Sequence record: SRR20825006_1617
Strand: one strand, 5' to 3'
DNA: 38,050 nt
Part shown: piece after piece, positions 1-9,679 of the stretch
Position numbering within the stretch: the first letter of the stretch is position 1
How the letters are laid out: every line of letters begins with the position of its first letter
Position numbers and translations under genes: made by a program
Notes under the pieces: generated by a model
The model's database searches: none
Told to the model about the DNA's origin: nothing
Seen by the model: only the letters and a program-made list of their open reading frames with translations

Positions 1-1239
1 GGCCCGGGCCAGGTTGGCACGGGGGCGGCCGCTGCCATCACTTTTCGGCGGTTCATAGCTTTCCGTGAAAACCCGCTCGGGAATTTCGTCGCGCAATGGT
101 TCAAGCAGTTTCAATTCCGCATCGGAGGGCAGGCCGGTGGCAGCCATGTCGGAGTTTTGGAAGTAGCTGCGTGTGCGATTGTACTGCCCATAAAACAGGT
201 TGGCGTTGGACCACTCAAAATCCAGTGCGAAGGTCATGGCTTCACGCAGCGCCTTCTCCTGAAACAGGGGGTTGCGCAGGTTGTAGACGATGCCTTGCAT
301 GCCGGCGGGGTTGGAATGGGGAATTTCTTCTTTTACCAGTTCGCCTTTATCGAAGGCCGGGCCCTTATAGCTGGTGGCCCAGTTTTTTGAGCTTACTTCA
401 AAGCGCCAGTCGTAATCCCCTCGCTTGAAGGCCTGTAGGGCAACGGTGTCATCCAGAAAATAATCGAAGGAAACGGTATCGAAATTATTGCGACCACGCA
501 TGATGGGCAAATCTTTTGCCCAGTAATCCTTGCGTCGTTGGTAAGTAATTCGCTTGCCCGTATCAACGTTACCTACGGCGTAGGGGCCGGATCCAATGGG
601 CTTTTCCAGGCCTGCGCTGGTAAATTTCCGGTTCTTCCAGACGTGCTCGGGAAGCACCGGTAGTTGACCGATGATCAGTGCCAATTCGCGGTTATCACCG
701 GGTTTGAAATGAAAGGTGACAGTACGTGCGTCATCAACGGTGACGTGATCAACGCCGCTGTAATAAAAGCTGTAAAAGGGCGCGCCGTCGTTAATGAGTG
801 TGTTGAATGTCCACACCACATCACTGGCCTGTACCGGCTCGCCATCACTGAACGTGGCTTTGGGGTTAAGATGGAAGCGCACCCAGCTTCGGTCTTCCGG
901 CCATTCGATGGTGTCAGCGAGCAAACCGTATTGGGTGAAGGGTTCATCTTCGGCGCGGGTGGTCAGCGTGTCATAAACGAGAGAGCCGATCCCGGCTGCA
1001 GCGGTACCCTTCGGCACGAAAGGGTTCAGGCTGTCGAAGGTGCCGATGACGTGGCGGCGCAGTTTTCCCCCTTTCGGGGCGTCAGGGTTCACATAATCCA
1101 GGTTCTGAAAATTTGCCGGGTACTTTGGGTCGCCGTGCATGGCGATGGCATGGCTGTGATGAACGTCGGCCTGCGCCAGGGCGGAAAAACAGCACAAACC
1201 CACCAATAGCCCGCGCAAAAGGCTGCGGTTAACGGCCAT
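1..1239 (-). CDS. yejA: ABC transporter extracellular solute-binding protein (YejA/NppA family 5), second tandem copy, 3' end outside the window
   Basis: Not in the ORF track because there is no stop inside the window. Read by hand: ATG at 1239 after AAGGAG RBS, MAVNRSLLRGLLVGLCCFSALAQADVHHSHAIAMHGDPKYPANFQNLDYVNPDAPKGGKLRRHVIGTFDSLNPF, a signal peptide plus the YejA N-terminal motif. Confidence 0.88.
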   Translation of the reverse strand, partial: MAVNRSLLRGLLVGLCCFSALAQADVHHSHAIAMHGDPKYPANFQNLDYVNPDAPKGGKLRRHVIGTFDSLNPFVPKGTAAAGIGSLVYDTLTTRAEDEPFTQYGLLADTIEWPEDRSWVRFHLNPKATFSDGEPVQASDVVWTFNTLINDGAPFYSFYYSGVDHVTVDDARTVTFHFKPGDNRELALIIGQLPVLPEHVWKNRKFTSAGLEKPIGSGPYAVGNVDTGKRITYQRRKDYWAKDLPIMRGRNNFDTVSFDYFLDDTVALQAFKRGDYDWRFEVSSKNWATSYKGPAFDKGELVKEEIPHSNPAGMQGIVYNLRNPLFQEKALREAMTFALDFEWSNANLFYGQYNRTRSYFQNSDMAATGLPSDAELKLLEPLRDEIPERVFTESYEPPKSDGSGRPRANLARA

Positions 1240-1251
1240 AAAAACTCCTTG

Positions 1252-3084
1252 TTATTTTTTAACCCACCAAGTGTCCAGACCCAGTCCATAGGGGATTGGT
1301 TCCGGGGGGCGGGCAAACTTGTCCCACCAGGCAATGCGGTGTGTGCTGATATAGTAGTTCAGGACCCCGTATTGCTGGTAGCGCAACATCCGGTCGAGTG
1401 CTTGCAAGCTTAGCTTGTAGTCTGCCTCGTTGTCGGTGCTGAGGGCGTGGTCGACCAGAAAATCCACCACCGGGTTACGAATGCCGGCCAGGTTGCGGCT
1501 GCCTACCACCTTGGCGCTGTCAGAAAGGAAGTAATCTTTCAGCTCAGGGCCTGGATAGGCCTGAATCGGTAGCACAAACAGCACCACATCGTAATCAAAG
1601 CTGTCCAACCGCTGTTTGTAGGCAGCCGGGTCGATTTCCCGGTACTGGGCATCGATGCCTAAACGTTTAAGGTTGCGAAACCAGGGGGCGAGAATGCGGT
1701 AAATGCCCGGATTATGGTAATTCAGAACGGTGAATTGCAGCGGCTTACCCTGCGCATTGACCAGGGTCTGGCCTTCGAGCCGCCAGCCACTTTCTTTCAG
1801 CAGTGCCAGGGCTTCGCGCATGCGGTGGCGTATCTGGCCGCTACCATCGTTTACCGGTGGGCTGATGTCGGCGTTGAAATAATTGTCAGGAAGCTGATCA
1901 AGAAACGGGGACAATAAAGTCTTTTCTGTTTCCGGAGCCGGTGTGGATGCCCGGTAATCGCTGTTGGGGAACCAGCTTTGGGTGCGTTGATAGGCGCCGC
2001 TGAACAGGTTCTTGTTGGACCATTCGAAGTCAAACAGCAGGCTGGCAGCGCGGCGGACATTGATGTCATTGAAAGGCGCGCGGCGAGTATTGAAGAAAAA
2101 AGCCTGCACCGGCCGGGGAATTTGATGAGGCACTTCGGCGCGTTTCACTTTCCCGTCTTCCAGGGCGGAGAACGCATAAGCGGTGGCCCAGTGTTTGGAG
2201 CTGTAATCGTAGTGTAAATCGTAGCCGCCAGCCTTGAAGGCTTCGAAACCCACGTCAGCATCGCGGTAGAACTCGAATTCCACGGTATTGAAATTATAAC
2301 GGCCACGGTTGACCGGCAGGTCTTTGGCCCAGTAATCCTTCACCCGGCTAAAGGTGACCTTGCGGCCGGCATCCACCTCGGTGACTTGGTAGGGGCCGCT
2401 GGAAAGTGGCGGCGTGAGTGAAGCACTTTCAAAGTCATGTTTTTGCCAATAATGACGGGGCAAAATAGGAATGGCGCCGGCCATCAGGGGCAGGTCGCGG
2501 CGACCCCGGTGAAAGGTGAATTTTACCGTTTGCGGGTCAATGGCTTCCACGCTGGCGATATCAGCCAGGCGCAGGGTGAACTCCGGGTGGCCTTTTTCGC
2601 GCAGGGTATTTACCGAAAAGACGACATCGTCGGCGCGAATCGGGTGGCCGTCGTGGAATTGTGCCTCTTCACGGATATAAAAGGTGCACCAGCTGCGGTC
2701 TTCCGGGTATTCGAGCCACTCGGCAATCAGACCGTAGGCCGCGCCGGCTTCATCACCAAGCGGATTATGCGGTTGGCTGCCCATCAGCAGGCTGTCGGCG
2801 ATTTCAGTGACCCCGTACATCTGGATCCCGGGGGTGTCCGCGGGGCTGCGGCCTTTGAGAATATAGGGGTTCAGGCTGTCGAAAGTGCCTTGGCCGAATA
2901 ACCGCAAGGTGCCGCCTTTGGGGGCATCCGGGTTGACGTAGTCAAGGTGTTGAAAATCGGCGGAATACTTGAGAGTGCCGAACGGGTGGTAACCGTGGCT
3001 GCGAGTAGGCTCGGCGTGGCAGACCACGCCGAGCAACAGGCCCAGCAGGGCAAAGGTAAGTTTAGTGCGTTTGGCGAATATCAA
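1252..3084 (-). CDS. yejA: ABC transporter extracellular solute-binding protein (YejA/NppA family 5)
   Basis: Signal peptide, then DYVNPDAPKGG..GTFDSLNPY, GPY, YWAKDLPVNRGRYNF, FDFEWSNKNLF, C-terminal DTWW. TTG start is uncertain and overlaps the mltD 3' end. Confidence 0.9.
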   Translation of the reverse strand: MIFAKRTKLTFALLGLLLGVVCHAEPTRSHGYHPFGTLKYSADFQHLDYVNPDAPKGGTLRLFGQGTFDSLNPYILKGRSPADTPGIQMYGVTEIADSLLMGSQPHNPLGDEAGAAYGLIAEWLEYPEDRSWCTFYIREEAQFHDGHPIRADDVVFSVNTLREKGHPEFTLRLADIASVEAIDPQTVKFTFHRGRRDLPLMAGAIPILPRHYWQKHDFESASLTPPLSSGPYQVTEVDAGRKVTFSRVKDYWAKDLPVNRGRYNFNTVEFEFYRDADVGFEAFKAGGYDLHYDYSSKHWATAYAFSALEDGKVKRAEVPHQIPRPVQAFFFNTRRAPFNDINVRRAASLLFDFEWSNKNLFSGAYQRTQSWFPNSDYRASTPAPETEKTLLSPFLDQLPDNYFNADISPPVNDGSGQIRHRMREALALLKESGWRLEGQTLVNAQGKPLQFTVLNYHNPGIYRILAPWFRNLKRLGIDAQYREIDPAAYKQRLDSFDYDVVLFVLPIQAYPGPELKDYFLSDSAKVVGSRNLAGIRNPVVDFLVDHALSTDNEADYKLSLQALDRMLRYQQYGVLNYYISTHRIAWWDKFARPPEPIPYGLGLDTWWVKK

Positions 3085-4678
3085 CGTAGAGTGTCAGCCG
3101 TTGCCCGGGTTGTATGTATCGATTGCTGGCTACACTGTTGTTCCAGCTTTTTATATCGTTGACCGATACATTAAAGCGGTCGGCAATGGCATACAAGGAA
3201 TCACCGTTGCGAACCGCATAGCGAACTTTACGCACCATATTGGGATTGCTGGCAGCAGGCACATTGGCCGGGCTGGCTGCAAGGCTGCCTTTGGTCCAGA
3301 CCGCCAGGCTCTGGCCCACACGCAGGCTGTCCTTAGGGGCCATGCCATTCCACTTTGCCAGCTCTGGTACACCGACTTTATGGCGGCGCGCGATTTCCCA
3401 CAGTGTATCGCCGGACTGCACCGTGTAGTTGACGCGGTGGCGCCCCTTGGGTTGTTTCGACTGCTTTTTGGCAAGCCGTGCTTCCGCGCTAAGGCTGTAG
3501 TCATCGCTGGATGAGGATGGCCCCGGAATCAGCAGGGTGCGGCCAGCGATGATGGTGTTGTTCTTGAGGTGGTTGATGCTGCGCAGCACCTGCGGTGTGG
3601 TGCGGTACTCACGTGCAATGGCGCCGAGGTTATCGCCGGGACGAATTTCGTAACGCGCCCACTGCATGCGCTGATCCTTGGGCAAGTCGGCGAGTTTGGC
3701 CTGGAACCGTTCGGCCCGGTCGATGGGTACCAGTAGCCGGAAAGGGCCATCCGGTGACGTTGCCCAGCGGTTGTAGGACGGGTTGAGCAGGTAGAGCTCT
3801 TCCACGGAGATGTCTGCCAGACGCGCGGCTTGAGCCAGGTCGATCTGTCCCCCGGTGTTCACCGTGGCGAAGTAGGGCTCATTGGCGATGGGATGAAGGG
3901 TCACACCGTAGGCCTGCGGGTCCGCCACAATCTGTGCGATGGCGAGCAGTTTGGGCACGTAGGCGGTGGTTTCGCGGGGCAGATTCAGGTTCCAGAAATC
4001 GGTGGGTTTACCGGCTTCTTCGTTACGGCGGATGGCGCGGGACACGGTGCCGCCACCAGCGTTGTAGGAGGCCAGGGCCAACAGCCAGTCACCATCAAAA
4101 CGGTTGGACAGTTTCTGCAGGTAATCCAGCGCGGCGTTGGTGGACTTGAGAATGTCGCGGCGCTGGTCTTCCCACCAGGTGCGCTGCATGCCGAAATAGT
4201 CACCGGTGGAGGGAATAAACTGCCAGGGTCCGGCGGCGCGGCCGTGGGAATAGGCGAAGGGATCAAACGCACTCTCGACGATGGGCAGTAGCGCCAGCTC
4301 CAACGGCATGTCGCGGGCTTCGGCCTGTTCGATGATGTAATGCAGGTAACGCTCGGAGCGGGTGGTGACGCGGGTGAAATACTGCGGATGGCGTGCGTAC
4401 CAGTCGCGCTGTACGCGAATCCGGTCATTTTCGATGGTCAGATCCAGCCCGTAACCAGCACGCAGACGTATCCACAGATCATCGTTGTCCGTCGTCTGCT
4501 TTTTGACATCCTCTACCGGGTCGGGTTCGTCCATGCCGTTGGCCAGGTTGACGTCATCCACGGAAGGCTCTGCTGCCGGCATGGGGGGGAGATCTTCAAG
4601 GGTCTTATTGGTTGCACAACCACCAAGAACCCCCAGCCCGAGAAAAAAGGCTAAAGGAATAATTTTTTTCATAATCAT
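3062..4678 (-). CDS. mltD: Membrane-bound lytic murein transglycosylase D (SLT + 3 LysM)
   Basis: Lipobox LGGC; SLT motifs IVES, AAGPWQFIPSTG, LASYNAG, ETTAYVPK; three LysM repeats; adjacent to gloB. Start may be 4672. Confidence 0.95.
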   Translation of the reverse strand: MIMKKIIPLAFFLGLGVLGGCATNKTLEDLPPMPAAEPSVDDVNLANGMDEPDPVEDVKKQTTDNDDLWIRLRAGYGLDLTIENDRIRVQRDWYARHPQYFTRVTTRSERYLHYIIEQAEARDMPLELALLPIVESAFDPFAYSHGRAAGPWQFIPSTGDYFGMQRTWWEDQRRDILKSTNAALDYLQKLSNRFDGDWLLALASYNAGGGTVSRAIRRNEEAGKPTDFWNLNLPRETTAYVPKLLAIAQIVADPQAYGVTLHPIANEPYFATVNTGGQIDLAQAARLADISVEELYLLNPSYNRWATSPDGPFRLLVPIDRAERFQAKLADLPKDQRMQWARYEIRPGDNLGAIAREYRTTPQVLRSINHLKNNTIIAGRTLLIPGPSSSSDDYSLSAEARLAKKQSKQPKGRHRVNYTVQSGDTLWEIARRHKVGVPELAKWNGMAPKDSLRVGQSLAVWTKGSLAASPANVPAASNPNMVRKVRYAVRNGDSLYAIADRFNVSVNDIKSWNNSVASNRYIQPGQRLTLYVDIRQTH

Positions 4679-4741
4679 GGAGTAACGCTAAAAATTTCAT
4701 GCATTCTGGCGACGGATAGGCGGCACGGCAAGGACGAGGCG

Positions 4742-5515
4742 CTAAAAGTTGTCCTTCCAGCGACGCAAGGCCGCAAAACACTGCATATCTGAATCCCCGC
4801 ATCCTGGCTCGTGGCGCTGACAGGAATCTTTCAAGTCTTTGTCATCACTGCGTAAAAACGGGTTGGTCGCTTTTTCTTCCGCGAGGGTGGAAGGCAGTGA
4901 GATTTTACCTTTTTGGCGCAAATCGATGACGGCCTGCAATCGCGCCTGCACGGCGGCGTCTTCCGGGGTGACGGCGGCGGCGAAGGTCAAGTTGGCCTGG
5001 GTGTATTCGTGGGCACAGAACACCTGAGTACTATCAGGCAGGGCGGCCAGGCGCCGAAGGGAGTGGAGCATTTGCTCCGGCGTGCCTTCGAACAGACGGC
5101 CACAGCCGCCGGCAAAGAGGGTGTCACCGCAGAATAGCCAGCCCTGCGCCGCGTTGAAAAAGGCGATATGGCCCAGGGTGTGGCCGGGTACGGCGATGAC
5201 GGAGAACGACAGGTCGGTACCGGCGGGGGTGACGGTATCGCCATCGCGCAGCGGGTGGCTCATGGCTGGAATGGATTCCGCCGCCGGGCCGTAGACGGGA
5301 ATATCCCGGTCCTTGATCAAGGCTGCGATACCGCCTACATGGTCGGGGTGGTGGTGAGTGATCAGCAGGGCGGACAGGGACAGGCCGTTTTCGCTCAGGT
5401 AGCGTTCCACTGGTTCGGCGTCGCCGGGATCGACGACAACACATTGATCCTGTTGATGAAATGCCCAGATATAGTTGTCATTGAAGGCGGGGATAGCGAT
5501 AGGGCTGGCTGTCAT
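4742..5515 (-). CDS. gloB: Hydroxyacylglutathione hydrolase (glyoxalase II)
   Basis: THHHPDHVGG, PGHTLGH, FCGDTLFAGGCGRLFEG, CAHEYT, NPFLR. Start set to the ATG at 5515 (MTASPIAIPAF) after CAGGAG. Confidence 0.95.
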   Translation of the reverse strand: MTASPIAIPAFNDNYIWAFHQQDQCVVVDPGDAEPVERYLSENGLSLSALLITHHHPDHVGGIAALIKDRDIPVYGPAAESIPAMSHPLRDGDTVTPAGTDLSFSVIAVPGHTLGHIAFFNAAQGWLFCGDTLFAGGCGRLFEGTPEQMLHSLRRLAALPDSTQVFCAHEYTQANLTFAAAVTPEDAAVQARLQAVIDLRQKGKISLPSTLAEEKATNPFLRSDDKDLKDSCQRHEPGCGDSDMQCFAALRRWKDNF

Positions 5516-5612
5516 GTCGTGGTACGCTCCTGTCTGTAAGCAGGTCAGTTGGCACCTGTTTCGGTGCTTCATCATCCGGCTCACGCATTCATGGATCAAG
5601 AGATTGTCCGTT

Positions 5613-6389
5613 ATGCAGCTACCTCCACTCAACCGTATCTCGTTCAATGCTTCCTCCGGCGAATTGGGAAGGGGTTTCGATGAATGGCTCGACAGTGAGC
5701 CCGGGCAGGCCTTGTTGAGCGAAGAAAAAGCCATGCTGACCGAGTGGCTGCGCAGCCAGGCGGGGCAGCGCGCGGTGGCGATTTACGCCGGCGGCGGCCG
5801 TGATTTCCTGTCGGAATCGCCGCTGCGCTGGCAAACCAGTATTGCACCGCCTGGTTTTACCGGGGTGAAACTGCAGTCGCGGCTGGATCTGTTGCCGATC
5901 GCGAAAAGCAGTGTGGATGTGCTGTTGCTGCACCACACCATGGATTTTGCCGCGGACCCTCATCAGGCACTGCGTGAAGCGTCGCGCTGCATGGCGCCGG
6001 GCGGCAAAATGGCGATCATCGGGTTTCATCCCGTCAGTGTGATGGGGCTGGCCCGGTGGCTGCTCTGGTGGAAGTCTCCGGGGTGGATGGGGCGCTATTA
6101 TCGCCCCAACAGGTTAACCGACTGGTTGCAGGTTCTGGGATTTGAGGTCGATGGCATGGCCAGTGGCTTCTATACTATGCCGTTGTCCGATCGTGGCCGT
6201 AGCCGGGTGCGCCTGCTGGACTGGCTGGGCCGTTTCCTCTGGCCGCGTCACGGCAATACATACCTGCTGGTGGCAAGAAAACGGGCCGGCGTGGTGCGTC
6301 CGTTGGCCACACGACAACGCAAGGTGCCACGCAATACCGTGGTGCCGGTACCGGTGGCCCGCTGGGGCCAGCAGAACAGGGAGTCCTGA
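5613..6389 (+). CDS. YafS-like class I SAM-dependent methyltransferase
   Basis: [39 protein letters not shown]; conserved position between gloB and rnhA. Start uncertain. Confidence 0.85.
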   Translation: MQLPPLNRISFNASSGELGRGFDEWLDSEPGQALLSEEKAMLTEWLRSQAGQRAVAIYAGGGRDFLSESPLRWQTSIAPPGFTGVKLQSRLDLLPIAKSSVDVLLLHHTMDFAADPHQALREASRCMAPGGKMAIIGFHPVSVMGLARWLLWWKSPGWMGRYYRPNRLTDWLQVLGFEVDGMASGFYTMPLSDRGRSRVRLLDWLGRFLWPRHGNTYLLVARKRAGVVRPLATRQRKVPRNTVVPVPVARWGQQNRES

Positions 6390-6393
6390 GTCT

Positions 6394-6846
6394 TTGAAGA
6401 ACGTGATTATCTATACCGACGGCGCGTGTCGCGGTAATCCCGGCCCGGGTGGCTGGGGCGCCATTCTCCTTTACGGTGACAAGGAGAAGGAATTATTCGG
6501 TGGTGAGCCGGAGACCACTAACAACCGCATGGAGCTAATGGCCGCCATCGTGGCCCTGGAGACCCTCAATGCTCCCTGTCAGGTGGTACTGACGACGGAC
6601 TCCAAATACGTCATGGACGGTATCACCCAGTGGATGGCGAACTGGAAAAAGCGTGGCTGGAAAACAGCCTCGAAGCAGCCGGTGAAGAATGTGGATCTGT
6701 GGCAGCGCCTCGATGCAGCGGTGCAGCGCCACGAAATCGATTGGCAGTGGGTCAAGGGCCACAGTGGCCACCCGGGCAATGAACGGGCCGATGCGTTGGC
6801 CAACCGGGGTATTGATGAAATGAAACAGCAAGGGCGAGCAGGCTAA
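6394..6846 (+). CDS. rnhA: Ribonuclease HI
   Basis: [49 protein letters not shown] start at 6394 after GGGAG. Confidence 0.97.
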   Translation: MKNVIIYTDGACRGNPGPGGWGAILLYGDKEKELFGGEPETTNNRMELMAAIVALETLNAPCQVVLTTDSKYVMDGITQWMANWKKRGWKTASKQPVKNVDLWQRLDAAVQRHEIDWQWVKGHSGHPGNERADALANRGIDEMKQQGRAG

Positions 6847-7592
6847 TGCGTCAGGTTGTACTGGATACGGAAACTACCGGCCTGGAGCCCAATGACGGGC
6901 ACCGGGTGATCGAAATTGGTTGCGTGGAGATGGAGAATCGCCGCCTGACCGGCAATAACCTGCACCTTTATCTGAACCCTGAACGGGAAATCGATGCTGG
7001 TGCGCTGGCGGTCCATGGCATCAGCACCGAGTTTCTGGCGGACAAGCCTACCTTCGACAAAGTGGTGGACGAATTTCTGGCTTTTGTCGACGGGGCGGAG
7101 CTGGTTATCCATAACGCGCCCTTTGATGTGGGTTTCCTTAATCATGAGTTGCGCCGGCTTGGCGCACGGTATGGGACCATTGAGCAGCGTTGTGGGGTGC
7201 TGGATACCCTGGTGATGGCTCGCCAGAAACATCCGGGGCAAAAAAATAACCTGGACGCGTTGTGCCGTCGTTATTTCGTTGAAAACGGCCATCGAGAGTT
7301 GCACGGCGCCTTGCTGGATGCGGAAATTCTGGCGGACGTTTACCTGGCTATGACCGGCGGGCAGACCCGCCTGTTTTCAGGCGGTGGTGATAGCAGTGAG
7401 CAGGGTGGTGAGGCGGCTGCAGAGGCGATCAGACGCTTGAGCGGGGAGCGCTCGCCGCTTTCCGTGGTGCGCGCCAACGAAAGTGAAATACAGCGCCACA
7501 GGGACAAGTTGACTGCCATTGCGGGAAAGAATGGAGAGCCTACGGTTTGGCAGAACCTGACAGAGAGCGACACGGATACGCCATTGCAGTAG
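6846..7592 (+). CDS. dnaQ: DNA polymerase III epsilon subunit
   Basis: LDTETTG (ExoI), HNAPFD (ExoII), HGALLDA (ExoIII), MTGGQ; TAATG overlap with rnhA. Confidence 0.97.
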   Translation: MRQVVLDTETTGLEPNDGHRVIEIGCVEMENRRLTGNNLHLYLNPEREIDAGALAVHGISTEFLADKPTFDKVVDEFLAFVDGAELVIHNAPFDVGFLNHELRRLGARYGTIEQRCGVLDTLVMARQKHPGQKNNLDALCRRYFVENGHRELHGALLDAEILADVYLAMTGGQTRLFSGGGDSSEQGGEAAAEAIRRLSGERSPLSVVRANESEIQRHRDKLTAIAGKNGEPTVWQNLTESDTDTPLQ

Positions 7593-7703
7593 CAGTTACA
7601 ACAAACAGCAGCGTCTGGACAGGCCATGCCGCTAGCGCGGCACCTTCGGCCTGTTGCCTCCTTTCTCCGAATAGTCCCTTTATGCCGGTAAAGCCGGGGC
7701 AGA

Positions 7704-9296
7704 TCAGTGCCCCGGGATGACCGGTGTGTCCTGAAGATCGTCTACCTGGTGGTGTTGAATCCAGCCATTCTCGTACATGTAGTTGGTGGCCGGCTCAAGG
7801 GCGGTGGCGGTCATGATCAGGCCAGTCACCGACATGACCAGAGTGTAAGGCAGCGCCATCACCACCATGCGCCCGTAGGAGAGCCGCACCAGCGGCGCTA
7901 GCGCCGAGGTGAGCAGGAACAGAAACGCGGCTTGGCCGTTGGGGGTCGCCACCGACGGGATATTGGTACCGGTGTTGATGGCAACGGCCAGCAGATCGAA
8001 CGTGTCCCGGTCAATTTCGTTCTTGAGTAGCGCCTGACCCACTTCATCGACATAGACCGTGGCCACAAAGACGTTGTCGGACACCGCCGACAATACACCA
8101 TTGGCCATGTAGAAGGCGGGCCCTTGAACCTGTTTGTCCAGGGTCAGTACATATTCAATGACTGGTGCGAATAGCTGTTGGTCCGCAATGACCGCCACCA
8201 CGGCGAAGAACACCGTGAGCAAGGCGGTGAAAGGCAGAGCTTCTTCGAAGGCGGCCCCCAGGCGGTGCTCTTCGATGATCCCGGTGAAGGAGGTGGCCAG
8301 AATGATGACGGTGAGCCCGACCAGCCCAACAGAAGCGGCGTGGGTTGCCAGAGCGACCACCAGCCACACGGCGGTAATGGCTTGAATGACCAGCGCGGCC
8401 CGGTTTTGCGGGGTGCGTTTACGGTCTTGCTCCAGAGCGTACTGACGCATGATGCCGCGAACTTTTTCGGGGATGTCTTCGCCGTAACCAAAGCTGCCGC
8501 TGATTTCCAGAAACACACAGGTCAACAGGCCCATCGCCAGTACCGGCAGGGTGATGGGAGCCATGCGAAGGAAGAACTCACCGAATTCCCAGCCCGCCTT
8601 GTTGGCAATCAACAGGTTCTGCGGCTCGCCCACCAAGGTGCAGACGCCACCCAGTGCGGTGCCCACCGCCGCGTGCATGAGCAAGCTGCGCAGAAAAGAG
8701 CGGAACCGGCGCAGGTCTTCGCGGTGCAGTTCTTCAACGGAGGTATCATCGCCATGGTCGTGTTTCTGCTGGAACGTCTTGCCGGAGGCCACCTTGTGGT
8801 AAATGCCATAGAAGCCGGTGCACACGGCAATGACTACGGCGGTCACGGTCAGTGCGTCAAGAAAGGCCGAGAGCAGGGCGGCGGCGGCACAGAACAGCAG
8901 GCTCAGGGTTACCTTGGATTTCACGCCCAGCAGGAGACGGGTGAACATGAACAGCAGCAGGTCTTTCAGGAAGAAAATGCCCGCGACCATGAAAATCAGT
9001 AGCAACATCACTTCGATATTGCCTACCACCTTGTGCAGGACGGTGTCGGCGGAGGTGAGGCCGATCATGACGGCTTCAATGGCCAGCAGGCCGCCGGGTT
9101 GCAGGGGATAGCACTTGAGCGCCATGGCCAGGGTGAAAATGAACTCGGCAAGCAGCAGCCAACCTGCCGTTACGGGGCCCAGTGCCAGGGCCACCAGGGG
9201 GTTGATCAGCAGGAAGGCAACGATGGTGTACTTGTACCAGGCGGGGGCCTGCCCCAGGAAGTTCTGAATAAAGGCGCGGCCTAGCGTGGCTGACAT
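7704..9296 (-). CDS. nhaB: Na+/H+ antiporter NhaB
   Basis: [78 protein letters not shown]. Start at the ATG at 9296 after AGGAA. Confidence 0.96.
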   Translation of the reverse strand: MSATLGRAFIQNFLGQAPAWYKYTIVAFLLINPLVALALGPVTAGWLLLAEFIFTLAMALKCYPLQPGGLLAIEAVMIGLTSADTVLHKVVGNIEVMLLLIFMVAGIFFLKDLLLFMFTRLLLGVKSKVTLSLLFCAAAALLSAFLDALTVTAVVIAVCTGFYGIYHKVASGKTFQQKHDHGDDTSVEELHREDLRRFRSFLRSLLMHAAVGTALGGVCTLVGEPQNLLIANKAGWEFGEFFLRMAPITLPVLAMGLLTCVFLEISGSFGYGEDIPEKVRGIMRQYALEQDRKRTPQNRAALVIQAITAVWLVVALATHAASVGLVGLTVIILATSFTGIIEEHRLGAAFEEALPFTALLTVFFAVVAVIADQQLFAPVIEYVLTLDKQVQGPAFYMANGVLSAVSDNVFVATVYVDEVGQALLKNEIDRDTFDLLAVAINTGTNIPSVATPNGQAAFLFLLTSALAPLVRLSYGRMVVMALPYTLVMSVTGLIMTATALEPATNYMYENGWIQHHQVDDLQDTPVIPGH

Positions 9297-9513
9297 GACG
9301 GGTTCCTGCTGAACGGCAAATGGGAAAGAGCGCCCGCAGTGCATGGAATACGGGCGCGGCAATGATAAGGACTTGCCATGCCCCAGTACAGTGCAAACAG
9401 GGGGCAATTTGTCTTAGATCATTGGAGGGATTGACGTGGCTGCCCGTGGCGCATATAGCACAGCCAGCCTCGGTGTGGGAAAGGAGTGTGGGCAGGTTAA
9501 CAAATCATCAATA

Positions 9514-9526
9514 AATCAGTTGCTTA
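9514..9526. promoter_or_regulatory. Possible IHF-binding site in the nhaB/fimL divergent intergenic region
   Basis: AATCAGTTGCTTA fits WATCARNNNNTTR, with an AT-rich upstream flank. The motif is short and could occur by chance. Confidence 0.3.
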
Positions 9527-9679
9527 CAAATGAAAGTTGACGCAGTCTTTGATGACGTGCAAAAGTTGATGCGCCTTGTTTTACAATCCTATTATGTTGA
9601 TTGCGGGCGTATCCGGGGGTTTGCGCACCTAACGGAACGAACCCGATGATAATAACAGTTTGGTGCTTGCGGAGAGTCC

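Noticed and set aside
4742..6393. Long N-terminal extensions in the ORF track that make gloB/yafS and yafS/rnhA overlap
   Set aside because: Artefacts of choosing the most upstream start; internal starts give family-typical N-termini. The same applies to nhaB, DUF2970, nfuA, rlmG and the lipase.
9533..9600. Direct repeats AAAGTTGAYGC upstream of fimL
   Set aside because: Only two good copies 29 bp apart plus a weak third; too short to separate from chance or promoter -35 elements, and not CRISPR-like.
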